64,000 nt of DNA from a virus (lineage: Duplodnaviria; Caudoviricetes): the IMG/VR virus record IMGVR_UViG_3300025387_000009, one strand, 5' to 3'. Positions 18,534 to 27,433 of the stretch are shown here, piece by piece. The notes beneath the pieces were generated by a model. That model worked only from the letters and a program-made list of their open reading frames with translations, was not told the DNA's origin and did not search any database. The number at the start of each line of letters is the position of its first letter. The stretch's first letter is position 1. The translations under genes and the position numbers were made by a program.

Positions 18534-19079
18534 ATGGACTCTAGATGTATATATTGCGCTTCAAAGTATTATGGTAGACCTTGCCTTTATAGTCCAACCA
18601 AAACCCATGTTCACTTTGATGCGCCAAATAAATGTATTTTTTGTGGTTCAAAGGTAACAGGAACGGGTTGCCCCTTTAATCCATATGGAAAAGTTCATAT
18701 TAAAGGTCCTGAATTCCTTGCAAACGTCAAAGAACAGGTAGAAAAATCTACGATTTTGAGTTATCTTTATGAGAATATCTCAAAATTGAACCTAACGCCT
18801 ATAATATCACCTCTAAATCGTTTTTATAAAAGATTGGCTGGAATCCTTGCGAATGCTGGTCAACCATTACTGGAGGCATTGGAGCTTCAGCATACCCCTA
18901 CATACGAAAAGCTCTCAAGAGAACAGAATGTTTTAGCATTTGAACTTAAAGAAAGACTCAAAAAGCAGTATAAAGACATAAATGAGAGTGTGAAATATGC
19001 AAATACTGCTCTGCCACAAGAAATTGTTGAAAATATACTGTTAGATGTTATAATATCTAATAGGGATGAGAACATCTAA
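18534..19079 (+). CDS. Hypothetical protein with two tandem CxxC-x8-C-x7-H motifs
   Basis: CIYCASKYYGRPC...H and CIFCGSKVTGTGC...H; preceded by TAAATA-N7-ATG. Confidence 0.6.
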   Translation: MDSRCIYCASKYYGRPCLYSPTKTHVHFDAPNKCIFCGSKVTGTGCPFNPYGKVHIKGPEFLANVKEQVEKSTILSYLYENISKLNLTPIISPLNRFYKRLAGILANAGQPLLEALELQHTPTYEKLSREQNVLAFELKERLKKQYKDINESVKYANTALPQEIVENILLDVIISNRDENI

Positions 19080-19575
19080 AGAGTATTTTTGTTACTACAT
19101 CAAAGATAATGTCCTTATCTTTGATGTTTTTGATTATATTGAAGAGTTAGCAGCTGATTATGTTGATTATGCCCATGAATGGGGGTTTGTCAAAGAAGAC
19201 AAGGTTTCTGATAAGAAATTAAGAATCAAAGAGTTTATTCAGCTATGGATTTCAGATGCTGTAATTAGCATAAATGATAAAGCCAGCAAATCAAAATGTA
19301 AAATTCTGTGTTTTTATAGAGAAAAACAAGATTTAAATATATGGTCTACCTTTTTTGAAGAACCTTTTAAGTTTATTTCTATAGCAAAAAAGAATTTAAA
19401 GCAAAGATTGCCTAATTTTATTGAACATCAGAGTGAAAAACCTATGTTTCAGACTATTAAAGGTACTTTTAACCATATTCCTTGCATTATTCCTACAGGA
19501 GAAGATGAAGAATTTTTAACAAAAGTTAAAAAAAGGTTAAAACACCCTATTGACAAATATAAACCAATTGGGTAA
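19066..19575 (+). CDS. Hypothetical protein
   Basis: 169-aa ORF overlapping the previous gene. Confidence 0.55.
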   Translation: MRTSKEYFCYYIKDNVLIFDVFDYIEELAADYVDYAHEWGFVKEDKVSDKKLRIKEFIQLWISDAVISINDKASKSKCKILCFYREKQDLNIWSTFFEEPFKFISIAKKNLKQRLPNFIEHQSEKPMFQTIKGTFNHIPCIIPTGEDEEFLTKVKKRLKHPIDKYKPIG

Positions 19576-19578
19576 AAT
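19550..19578 (+). promoter_or_regulatory. Sigma70-type promoter facing an AT-rich non-coding tract
   Basis: TTGACA-N17-TAAAAT. Confidence 0.6.
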
Positions 19579-19691
19579 AGGATGTCGTCCGTTTTAATAC
19601 CTTTAAGTTCTTTTAATTTAACTATATTATTAATTATAATACTTAAAGTACTTTAATATACTATAATACTTTTAATATTTCTTGGCAAAAT

Positions 19692-19719
19692 TTGACTTTT
19701 GCACTTTTTGCGTTAAATT
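19692..19719 (+). promoter_or_regulatory. Sigma70-type promoter
   Basis: TTGACT-N16-TAAATT-N7-ATG (19727). Confidence 0.55.
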
Positions 19720-19726
19720 TTTCTAT

Positions 19727-20035
19727 ATGACTAGAATTGAAATGAGAATGGATGAATTAGTAAATGCTTTAGAGCGTATAGCAAATGCATTAGAAGAACA
19801 AAACAAGCCAAAGGGGTTGGGTAGTTCTTTTAAGAGTAAATGGTCTGGTAACGGTGTTGCACCATTAAATTGCTATAGTGGAGATGAAGTACATTTACCT
19901 ACAGCAACGAGTGATTTAGTTACTGCATCACATGATGGTGATATTTTATATAAAGCACCAGAAAAGCCAACTTGGTATAATATTAAAGATCCCAACTTTA
20001 CCAATCAAGACTTGAATAATGAACTTTACGGTTAA
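19727..20035 (+). CDS. Hypothetical protein
   Basis: ORF track entry 19682..20035, start moved to the ATG at 19727 behind the promoter. Confidence 0.55.
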   Translation: MTRIEMRMDELVNALERIANALEEQNKPKGLGSSFKSKWSGNGVAPLNCYSGDEVHLPTATSDLVTASHDGDILYKAPEKPTWYNIKDPNFTNQDLNNELYG

Positions 20036-20043
20036 ATAAAATT

Positions 20044-20625
20044 ATGAAAAAATTATTTATTTTAGCAACTTTACTACTTGTTTCCTGTACGGTTTATACC
20101 GAAAAACAATCAGAAGCACTCAGTCAAAATGTATATGCAACAAATGATTCTGTAAACAAGGGTCGAGTTGATCTTGCATACTATTATTCAGATCAAACTA
20201 CACGTTTAGTTAAAATCCCAAAACATAGAATCAATATTCAATCGGTTTACGAAGCAGGTGATGTTGTTAAAGATTCAAAACAAGGAGAAAAAACTCAAGT
20301 TGTTTTAGTTCCAAAACAGTATCAAAATAGTAAAGTTATAGTTGTTGAATCATCTGAATATGACAACCTCTTAAAAGATAGAGAAACCAAAGATCAGTTG
20401 GCAAAAGATAATATTAATATGAAGAATGACAAAATTAATACCGATAAAGAAATTGCAAGACAAAAGGATATGAATGACAAGATGGTAAATGACTTAAACA
20501 ATTATAAAACACTTGTAGTCAAGAAAGATCTGGCTATTCTTTGGCGAAATTGCGTAATCGTAGGATTAATGGCACTTATTGCTCTTTATTTCTATCTTAA
20601 AGCTAATGGATTATTCTTTTTATGA
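20044..20625 (+). CDS. Lipoprotein with C-terminal transmembrane helix, candidate unimolecular spanin
   Basis: Signal II MKKLFILATLLLVS|C, coiled-coil-like middle, C-terminal hydrophobic VIVGLMALIALYFYL; upstream of holin-like and endolysin genes. Confidence 0.6.
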   Translation: MKKLFILATLLLVSCTVYTEKQSEALSQNVYATNDSVNKGRVDLAYYYSDQTTRLVKIPKHRINIQSVYEAGDVVKDSKQGEKTQVVLVPKQYQNSKVIVVESSEYDNLLKDRETKDQLAKDNINMKNDKINTDKEIARQKDMNDKMVNDLNNYKTLVVKKDLAILWRNCVIVGLMALIALYFYLKANGLFFL

Positions 20626-20792
20626 CAACATTAACACAAATAACATCCGCAGTTGAAACTGACATTCCTATAGTAAAAAAAGAAGTCGTAAAGGATGCAA
20701 ATATACTTGTTTTATGGATTAAAACCAATCCATACAAAGCAGTATTTTTGCTAGGATTCATTGTTGGATTTATTTTAGGCACATTGATTTAA
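20622..20792 (+). CDS. 56-aa tail-anchored membrane protein (DUF883/YqjD-like C-terminus)
   Basis: Not in the ORF track. ATGA-coupled to the spanin-like gene; ends TNPYKAVFLLGFIVGFILGTLI. Confidence 0.6.
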   Translation: MTTLTQITSAVETDIPIVKKEVVKDANILVLWIKTNPYKAVFLLGFIVGFILGTLI

Positions 20793-20813
20793 ATTGCCTG
20801 AATAAGTAACTAT

Positions 20814-21284
20814 ATGTGGAATCATATAGTTCTTATAGCTCAAACAGCTAGTGCTTTTTTAACAAATGGAAAAGCACCGCCGAATACTCCACCTGAATTG
20901 GAAAAACAGATGGAGGATGTAAATCATTTAGCATCAAAAAAGTTTTTTGTTATCATGACTTCTTTGTTGATAATTGTATCGATGTTTTTTATCGCCGTAG
21001 GAATTTTATTTTGGATTCCTAAAGATCACGATATTGTTATTACAACTTATGCAACAATTTTTACAAAAATAATGGAGCAAATTGCTCTTGTTATTTCTGT
21101 TTATTTAGGTGCTCAAGGTTTAGTTGATTTAAAATATAATAGTTCTTCAAGTGTTGGTGTTTTTGGTAACGCTCAATCAATAACACAAAATTCAAATGTA
21201 CCAATGGCTCTTCCTGTCAGCGTAGTTGAACAAGTTTTAACAAATAATGCAAAAGAGCAAGATTATAATATAACCGAATTATGA
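20814..21284 (+). CDS. Holin-like membrane protein
   Basis: Two hydrophobic segments (SKKFFVIMTSLLIIVSMFF...; VISVYLGAQGLVD); ATGA overlap with the endolysin. Confidence 0.5.
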   Translation: MWNHIVLIAQTASAFLTNGKAPPNTPPELEKQMEDVNHLASKKFFVIMTSLLIIVSMFFIAVGILFWIPKDHDIVITTYATIFTKIMEQIALVISVYLGAQGLVDLKYNSSSSVGVFGNAQSITQNSNVPMALPVSVVEQVLTNNAKEQDYNITEL

Positions 21285-21892
21285 AACAACCTAGTCCAAA
21301 AGCATTAAGTCTAATTTTAGAATACGAGATTGGTGGAGGCAAATCTTACTATGATCAGCATCTTTCCCATCCTACATGGCCCGGAGGTCACAGCGGTCTA
21401 ACATTGGGAATTGGTGTAGATTGCGGATATTATACACCAGATGAATTGCAAAAAATATTTTATTTCTTACCAGAAAAACAACTTAATGCAGTCAAAGAGG
21501 CATCAGGTAAAACTGGTCAAGAAGGAAAGGAATATGTTCAAAAAGTTAAACCGTTAGGAATTACCGTAAGTTATGATCAAGCGATTGATATTTTTGATAA
21601 ACTTACGTGGCCCAAATTCGCACGATTAACCGAAAACACATTCCCCCAAGTTGAAAATCTCTGTGATAATGCCTATGGTGCATTAGTATCATTGGTTTTC
21701 AATCGTGGTGGATCATTACAGGGAGATAGTAGAATAGAAATGAGAAATATAAGAGACTTAGTACCTAAAAAGGATTATAAAGGTATAGCTGAGCAAATAA
21801 GAAATATGAAAAGAATTTGGAAAGGTCAAGGTTTAGATGGTCTTTTGGAAAGAAGAGATGCAGAGGCAAATTTAATTGAAACCTGTGCATAA
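21281..21892 (+). CDS. Endolysin, pesticin/T4-lysozyme-like muramidase
   Basis: ILEYE, SGLTLGIGVDCG, ALVSLVFNRG and GLLERRDAEA. Confidence 0.8.
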   Translation: MKQPSPKALSLILEYEIGGGKSYYDQHLSHPTWPGGHSGLTLGIGVDCGYYTPDELQKIFYFLPEKQLNAVKEASGKTGQEGKEYVQKVKPLGITVSYDQAIDIFDKLTWPKFARLTENTFPQVENLCDNAYGALVSLVFNRGGSLQGDSRIEMRNIRDLVPKKDYKGIAEQIRNMKRIWKGQGLDGLLERRDAEANLIETCA

Positions 21893-21909
21893 AAGATAAA
21901 TATTGAAAT

Positions 21910-22371
21910 ATGAGTAAATTTTTAAAACTAGTTAGTAGATACAATAATCTATTAAGCGAAGCTGATCAGATTTCGCAAGAAGATGATGAAAACACTAGTC
22001 CTGATGTAGCGGAAAATCCGCAAGCAGCAACAGAAGGCGAAGAGTCCGCAGAGTTACAACAAGTTTCACCTACGATTCCGAGTGAATTACCAACCCAAGA
22101 AGCAAATCCACCAATGAATGATGATGGAACGGATGTTGAAACTTTCTTAGGAGCATTAAATGATTTCTTTGAGCAGACATATGAAGGTGATGAAAATTTT
22201 AAAAATCAAGTTATTAATGCATTAAGCGGTAGAACAAATGCAACCAATTTACCATCTATTTTAAAAAAACTTACAGATTTGTTAAGTCCATCAACAACAA
22301 CAAATCCACAGCAACAAATTAAAAACACAAGACAAGATTTAAATAATATTAATTCAGACGAAACTGTATAA
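21910..22371 (+). CDS. Acidic hypothetical protein, candidate internal head protein
   Basis: Late-type TAAATA-N7-ATG; N-terminus ...NNLLSE|A. Confidence 0.55.
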   Translation: MSKFLKLVSRYNNLLSEADQISQEDDENTSPDVAENPQAATEGEESAELQQVSPTIPSELPTQEANPPMNDDGTDVETFLGALNDFFEQTYEGDENFKNQVINALSGRTNATNLPSILKKLTDLLSPSTTTNPQQQIKNTRQDLNNINSDETV

Positions 22372-22375
22372 TAGT

Positions 22376-22403
22376 TTGACTTTTAGTAAAAAACTATTAA
22401 GAT
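22376..22403 (+). promoter_or_regulatory. Sigma70-type promoter
   Basis: TTGACT-N16-TAAGAT-N7-ATG (22411). Confidence 0.55.
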
Positions 22404-22410
22404 AGTATTA

Positions 22411-22713
22411 ATGAATAATATTAATGAAACGTTTAGCATTAATTCTCTAACAAGAGAAGAAGTCAGAACAATCTTAGAAAGCCTTTTATTTGCATCATCG
22501 TGTGATGTATCGGGTTCATTCTACAAAGATGAATCGCTTAACATGTTTGAAATTGCTAAAAAGATTCGTACAATGTTTCCTTCTATCTTATTAGAAGATA
22601 TTAATATAACACCTGTAGTTGATGAAAACGATAAGGAAGTATTTCATGATGATCATACTTCCGAAATTGTAAAGTTTTTCCCTGAAATCTTAGAACACAC
22701 ATTAGTTAAATAA
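22411..22713 (+). CDS. Hypothetical protein
   Basis: 100-aa ORF behind a promoter. Confidence 0.6.
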   Translation: MNNINETFSINSLTREEVRTILESLLFASSCDVSGSFYKDESLNMFEIAKKIRTMFPSILLEDINITPVVDENDKEVFHDDHTSEIVKFFPEILEHTLVK

Positions 22714-22714
22714 T

Positions 22715-23404
22715 ATGAGAATTGCAATATCAGGTTCAACCAATATGGGTAAGTCCACCTTTATCACGGACTTTATTAAAAAGTGGGATATGTACGAAAC
22801 CCCGCAGAAATCTTATCGTGATATCTTAAAGGATAAGAATCTTCCTCATAGCAAAGAGTCAACGGAAGAGACTCAAAAAGTTATCATGGACTTCTTGACT
22901 GATCAAGCTCTTGAAAACTCTACAAAAGAAAATGTTATTACTGATCGTTGCGTATTAGATTGTTTAGCATATTCGGCTTGGTTAAACCTCAACGGAGTTG
23001 TATCAGATAAGTTTTTAGATGAGCAAAGGATTTTGGTTAGAGAGACAATTAAACTTTATGATATTATTTTCTTCACGCCTTTAACAAAGGCAGCAACTGT
23101 ACCAATTGAAAACGATGGCTTCAGGGAAATTGATGAAACTTTCCGTGAAGAAATTGATAATATTTTTAAAGCATTTGGTCAATCTTATAATCAAGGTGAT
23201 GGTAGAATTTTTCCAAAGGAAGATTCTCCTGCTTGGATTGAAATCTTTGGTAGTAGAGAAGAGAGAATTAAGATTTGTGAACTTTACATAGGCGAAGATG
23301 GTAATATGTACGGAGGCGATGAAAGTCTACTCAGCGATATTATTGGCGCATCAGAAAGCGATCTTAAGAGGATAGAAAAAGATATGGGCATTACTACGAG
23401 ATAA
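22715..23404 (+). CDS. P-loop NTPase / nucleotide kinase-like (AAA_28 type)
   Basis: IAISGSTNMGKST Walker A; ITDRCVLD; YDIIFF. Confidence 0.75.
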   Translation: MRIAISGSTNMGKSTFITDFIKKWDMYETPQKSYRDILKDKNLPHSKESTEETQKVIMDFLTDQALENSTKENVITDRCVLDCLAYSAWLNLNGVVSDKFLDEQRILVRETIKLYDIIFFTPLTKAATVPIENDGFREIDETFREEIDNIFKAFGQSYNQGDGRIFPKEDSPAWIEIFGSREERIKICELYIGEDGNMYGGDESLLSDIIGASESDLKRIEKDMGITTR

Positions 23405-23412
23405 GTAGTAAT

Positions 23413-23922
23413 ATGTTAAAAAATTACGATATTCTGGTTGAAAGTCTTTTAAACGAAGGTAGAAAAAGAGACGAGGTTAAAAAATTCAAATTTAATCTCG
23501 ATTCCGTTAAAAAATTAGTCGATGACTTAGATGCCGAAGATGAGCATAAGGGTCATTTTAAATCCATCGTTTTAAAATTAAAAGATAAAGATTTTTATAC
23601 ACCAAAAACATTCAAACAAGCAATTGCTTTAATTTTTAGACAATTAAAGAAGGGTGAAATTGCAGAAGGTTATGCTACACTTTTTTATGATTGGTTAAAA
23701 AATCACGATGAATGTCCATTCGAACCCTACACCAGTGAAGAGCCAGAAGATGACGAAGGCGAAGAACACAAATCAGTAGAAAATAGAGAACCAACCTCAA
23801 AAGAGACTGCTGAGTGGTTTGATAAAGAACCTTTACCAAAAGAGGATTCTACTGAGCTACCAGATGGTAAAGTAGATCAAGATGAAAAAGAAGAAGAAGC
23901 CGAGGTATTCTTCAAAAAGTAA
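23413..23922 (+). CDS. Hypothetical protein with acidic C-terminus, candidate internal head protein
   Basis: TAAGTA-N5-ATG; N-terminus ...SLLNE|G. Confidence 0.55.
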   Translation: MLKNYDILVESLLNEGRKRDEVKKFKFNLDSVKKLVDDLDAEDEHKGHFKSIVLKLKDKDFYTPKTFKQAIALIFRQLKKGEIAEGYATLFYDWLKNHDECPFEPYTSEEPEDDEGEEHKSVENREPTSKETAEWFDKEPLPKEDSTELPDGKVDQDEKEEEAEVFFKK

Positions 23923-23950
23923 TTGACATAAATCTACCATATGTTAAAGT
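23923..23950 (+). promoter_or_regulatory. Sigma70-type promoter of primase
   Basis: TTGACA-N16-TAAAGT with extended TG, then N6-ATG. Confidence 0.65.
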
Positions 23951-23956
23951 TAGGCG

Positions 23957-24922
23957 ATGAAGTATCGCTTACCTGAAACATATGTCATGAACAAGTTCAT
24001 GCATTATGCAATTGAACCTGAGTTCAAAAAGCATAATGGATTATACAATGCAGCTTGTCCGATTTGCAAAGAGGGTAAGAGTTTAGGTAAAAAGAAAAGA
24101 CTTTGGTATTATCCCCAATCTAATACTTTTCATTGTTTCAATTGTAATCAAACATGGAGTGCTCTTAATTGGATTAAGAAAGCTTCTGGTATGTCTTATG
24201 AGGATATTCAGGTTGAAATATCAACAAATGATTTTTCCGTAGATGTTTTTAAAAAGGAAATCAATACACCAACATTTAAAAGAAAAGATATTCCTGATTT
24301 ACCATATGATTCAATTAATATTTTTGATCAGGTTCAACAGCAATATTACCAAAAAAGTAAAGAATTCCAGAGAGCATTAGAATATGTAACGGGAAGAAGA
24401 TTGCATACTGCTGTTAATAAATCACCAAATCTTTTTATTAGTTTAACCGATAGCATTCATGCAAATAGATTTTGTATTCCTTTTTATGATAGAAATAAAA
24501 AGGTAGTGTTTTATCAAACCAGAGCACTTGATAAAACCGAGCCAAGATATTTAGGTAAATCTGGCTACGAGAAAACCGTTTTTGGTATCGATAGAGTTAA
24601 CGTAGATATTCCTTACATTTTTTTGTTTGAAGGACCTATCGATTCAATGTTTGTTAAAAACGGAGTTGGTGTTGCTGGTATATCCTTGACTAAAACACAA
24701 TCAATTCAGTTAGCCGAATTTCCATTCCACCAAAGGATTTGGGTTTTAGACAACCCTCAACATGACGATACAACAAAGGATAAAATAAAGGAGCTTCTAG
24801 AGAGAGGCGAAAAGGTTTTTAATTGGGGAATCGGTAAAGGCTATAAAGACTTTAATGAATGGGCTATGTTTGAAGATCTCGATGAAATCAATTATCAAGG
24901 AATACTTGACAATTGTTTTTAA
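23957..24922 (+). CDS. gp61: DNA primase (T4 gp61-like)
   Basis: CPIC...FHCFNC zinc finger; FYQTRAL, FEGPIDSMF, WVLDN and KDFNE TOPRIM motifs. Confidence 0.9.
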   Translation: MKYRLPETYVMNKFMHYAIEPEFKKHNGLYNAACPICKEGKSLGKKKRLWYYPQSNTFHCFNCNQTWSALNWIKKASGMSYEDIQVEISTNDFSVDVFKKEINTPTFKRKDIPDLPYDSINIFDQVQQQYYQKSKEFQRALEYVTGRRLHTAVNKSPNLFISLTDSIHANRFCIPFYDRNKKVVFYQTRALDKTEPRYLGKSGYEKTVFGIDRVNVDIPYIFLFEGPIDSMFVKNGVGVAGISLTKTQSIQLAEFPFHQRIWVLDNPQHDDTTKDKIKELLERGEKVFNWGIGKGYKDFNEWAMFEDLDEINYQGILDNCF

Positions 24923-25284
24923 GCTGTCTTTGCTTTGGCGTAACCTTCTAAGTCACGAGCGGTGATTGGTCCTATTCCATTACCAGCACCGGATGCTCTG
25001 ATGTCTTTTCTAGTTGGGTAACCCAATTTAACCCAAAATCTAATTAATTCAGGGCTTGGTGTGTCGTATGGGCTAAAATCAAATTCTGCGATAGTATTGC
25101 CGTCTCTATCTTTAAAGTAGTGATCAATCTTACGATTTGAAGGTCTACCTTTTTCATCGGTTTCTATATCATCATAAGGAGCATAATGGGTTTCGATACC
25201 ATTTATCATATATTTCTCATCCTTGTGAGGATCAGAAAGTTTGCCATAAGCTTCTTGAAGTAAAATTGTATCTTTATCTCTCAT
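24919..25284 (-). CDS. Hypothetical protein
   Basis: 121-aa ORF coupled to 25284-25949; N-terminus ILLQE|A. Confidence 0.55.
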   Translation of the reverse strand: MRDKDTILLQEAYGKLSDPHKDEKYMINGIETHYAPYDDIETDEKGRPSNRKIDHYFKDRDGNTIAEFDFSPYDTPSPELIRFWVKLGYPTRKDIRASGAGNGIGPITARDLEGYAKAKTA

Positions 25285-25949
25285 TATTGTACGACATTAT
25301 TTTGTTCAAGATCACGGATCTTCTTAGGAGCCGTATTAACGAATGTATTAAGAACTTCTTTAAGCTTTGCGATTTCGCCAGCGATACGTGTGATTGAGTC
25401 CGAAGCCTTACGAGTAATACCTCTTAAGAGACTTCCTGCACGATCATTATCTGAAAGGATACGATGAAGAGAATCATCGGATGGGTTATTCAAGAACTTT
25501 TCAAATTCATTGAGTTTTAATGCCCATTCTTTAACTTTCTTAATTGTTTCCATTGTTACATCTGGCGAAATACCTTCAACATCAAATTTTGAACCGTCTG
25601 TTTCTGGTTCTAAAGAATTTTGGAAATCTTCTTGATTTTTTTCTGGTGTAAAATCTTCAGGCGCAGCTTCTTCAGATGGCGCAGCTGGCAACTCCTCAAG
25701 TTCTTCCTGCTCCCTTAAAAGGGCAACTAAGAAACTTTTGGCAAAAAGATAATCAGAAGACTCTTCTTTTACTTTGTTAAATTCAGGTGAACCACTCATG
25801 CTTCTAGCATTTATAATTGCTTGAGCTTTTCTTTCGCAGCAACATCTCTCTGGTACAGTAGTTTTAACCTTAGATGTCTTAAACTTATTTTGAGTTTGGA
25901 ACTTAGGTTGGCTACTTTTTTTACTGTTGACTTTCTTAATAGGTTTCAT
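25284..25949 (-). CDS. Hypothetical protein (basic N-terminus, acidic middle, helical C-terminus)
   Basis: 221-aa ORF with TAAATA-N5-ATG. Confidence 0.6.
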   Translation of the reverse strand: MKPIKKVNSKKSSQPKFQTQNKFKTSKVKTTVPERCCCERKAQAIINARSMSGSPEFNKVKEESSDYLFAKSFLVALLREQEELEELPAAPSEEAAPEDFTPEKNQEDFQNSLEPETDGSKFDVEGISPDVTMETIKKVKEWALKLNEFEKFLNNPSDDSLHRILSDNDRAGSLLRGITRKASDSITRIAGEIAKLKEVLNTFVNTAPKKIRDLEQNNVVQ

Positions 25950-25955
25950 TAGTAT
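25927..25955 (+). promoter_or_regulatory. Sigma70-type promoter for the 25980 operon
   Basis: TTGACT-N17-TAGTAT. Confidence 0.5.
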
Positions 25956-25979
25956 ATTTACAACTATTTACCTTAAAAA

Positions 25980-26651
25980 ATGCCAAATCTACCAAGTAAT
26001 TATCATTTTGTTATTGCGACACAATTTAACGATAAGGATTTTTGGGAAAAATCGCAAATTGCAATATTTTTAGAAAAAGCAGGTTATACAAATAACTGCA
26101 CAGTCTTCTTTGAAAATAAAGAAGGACTGCCAAAAGTATATAATCAGTTTTTTACTGAACAAAATAAACTGAAGAAGATTATTTTTGTTCATGATGATGT
26201 TTTAATTGAAGATTTATTTTGGGAAGAAAAGCTAAACATAGCATTTGAAAAATATGATATAGTTGGTTTGGCTGGGTCGAAGAAATGCGATCTTACAAGA
26301 CCACCAGCATGGCATTTAATGAGCGATAGACAAGATCAAGTTGGTGAAGTTGGTCATTCACATCAAAAAAATGTATGGACAACTGTTTTTGGTAAATCCG
26401 AATCTCGTGCATTAGTATTGGATGGACTTTTTATTGCCCTTAATATGGAAAGGGTTGTTCAAACCCTTTTAAGATTTGATGAAAACTTTGATTTTCATCA
26501 TTATGATATAACATTTTGTTTGAATGCTAATAAAAATAAGCTTAAAATGGGTGTAACTCCTATAAGAGTCGTTCATTTTGGGTTAGGTGATTCCATGAAT
26601 ACCAATGAATGGCAAGTTAGTGCTCAAAAATTTAATCAACTTTATAAATGA
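25980..26651 (+). CDS. GT2-like glycosyltransferase (StrF-like)
   Basis: YNQ, FVHDDV, GLAGS, LDGLFIA and FHHYDITFC motifs. Confidence 0.75.
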   Translation: MPNLPSNYHFVIATQFNDKDFWEKSQIAIFLEKAGYTNNCTVFFENKEGLPKVYNQFFTEQNKLKKIIFVHDDVLIEDLFWEEKLNIAFEKYDIVGLAGSKKCDLTRPPAWHLMSDRQDQVGEVGHSHQKNVWTTVFGKSESRALVLDGLFIALNMERVVQTLLRFDENFDFHHYDITFCLNANKNKLKMGVTPIRVVHFGLGDSMNTNEWQVSAQKFNQLYK

Positions 26652-27025
26652 AAAACATTTTCTTTCCATATTTGCAATGGATTTTAAAAGTTACTACAAA
26701 TAAACCAGAAATTCCTAATCATGTTGGATTTCTTAGTAATAGATGGTTGTCGATGGCTAGTAAACCGATTGCACAGATTGTAAATGCTACCACTAACAGA
26801 TGGAACAATTGTCAAAATAGCTTTGATGATGCAAATGTAGTTAAAATTTATAGAACTTTAATCCCAAAGTATACAAAAAGAATAGAATACATAAAAAAAT
26901 CCCCTAAAGAAGACGAAGAGATTAATGAAAATATTGAAATTTATTCTAATTTAATGGAAATCTCAAAAAGAGAAATTGAATTATATCAAAACACACTTGA
27001 AGAATTAAATTTAACATCTAAATAA
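26648..27025 (+). CDS. gp62: Clamp-loader small subunit-like (T4 gp62)
   Basis: FLSNRWLSM, N, Y...IPK..KRIEYIKK pattern resembling gp62. Confidence 0.45.
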   Translation: MKNIFFPYLQWILKVTTNKPEIPNHVGFLSNRWLSMASKPIAQIVNATTNRWNNCQNSFDDANVVKIYRTLIPKYTKRIEYIKKSPKEDEEINENIEIYSNLMEISKREIELYQNTLEELNLTSK

Positions 27026-27031
27026 TACGAT

Positions 27032-27433
27032 ATGATACCCAGACCCAAACAAGAAGACCGCATCGGCGGTAAAGTACAACTAGATCATTATCTAGGACAT
27101 GCATTTGAACTAGACAATTGGAATTTAACAAAAGTATTGGATGATATTTTACTATGTCAATATATTGACGTAAACGAAGATGGTACTGAAATCCTCAGAG
27201 GTAGCGTTTGGGTTCCAATTAATGTAGTAAACATGACATGGAGACTTGCAAAGGTGTTATTAGCAGGACCGGACTGCAAAACCGTTAAACAGGGTGATGT
27301 AATAGTATTCCCAAACGATAAGGGTATTCAGGTGGCAAATCTTAACGATATGAAGAATATTGTTTTCTTAAATGAATCCCGAATTTTTGGTGTTTGTGAA
27401 CCAAAAGGAGAAAAGAAAAAGTCTAAAAAGTAA
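27032..27433 (+). CDS. groES: GroES/cpn10-like co-chaperonin (gp31 analogue)
   Basis: LDDILL, mobile loop GSVWVP, AKVLLAGPDCKTVKQGDVIVF and NESRIFG. Confidence 0.72.
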   Translation: MIPRPKQEDRIGGKVQLDHYLGHAFELDNWNLTKVLDDILLCQYIDVNEDGTEILRGSVWVPINVVNMTWRLAKVLLAGPDCKTVKQGDVIVFPNDKGIQVANLNDMKNIVFLNESRIFGVCEPKGEKKKSKK

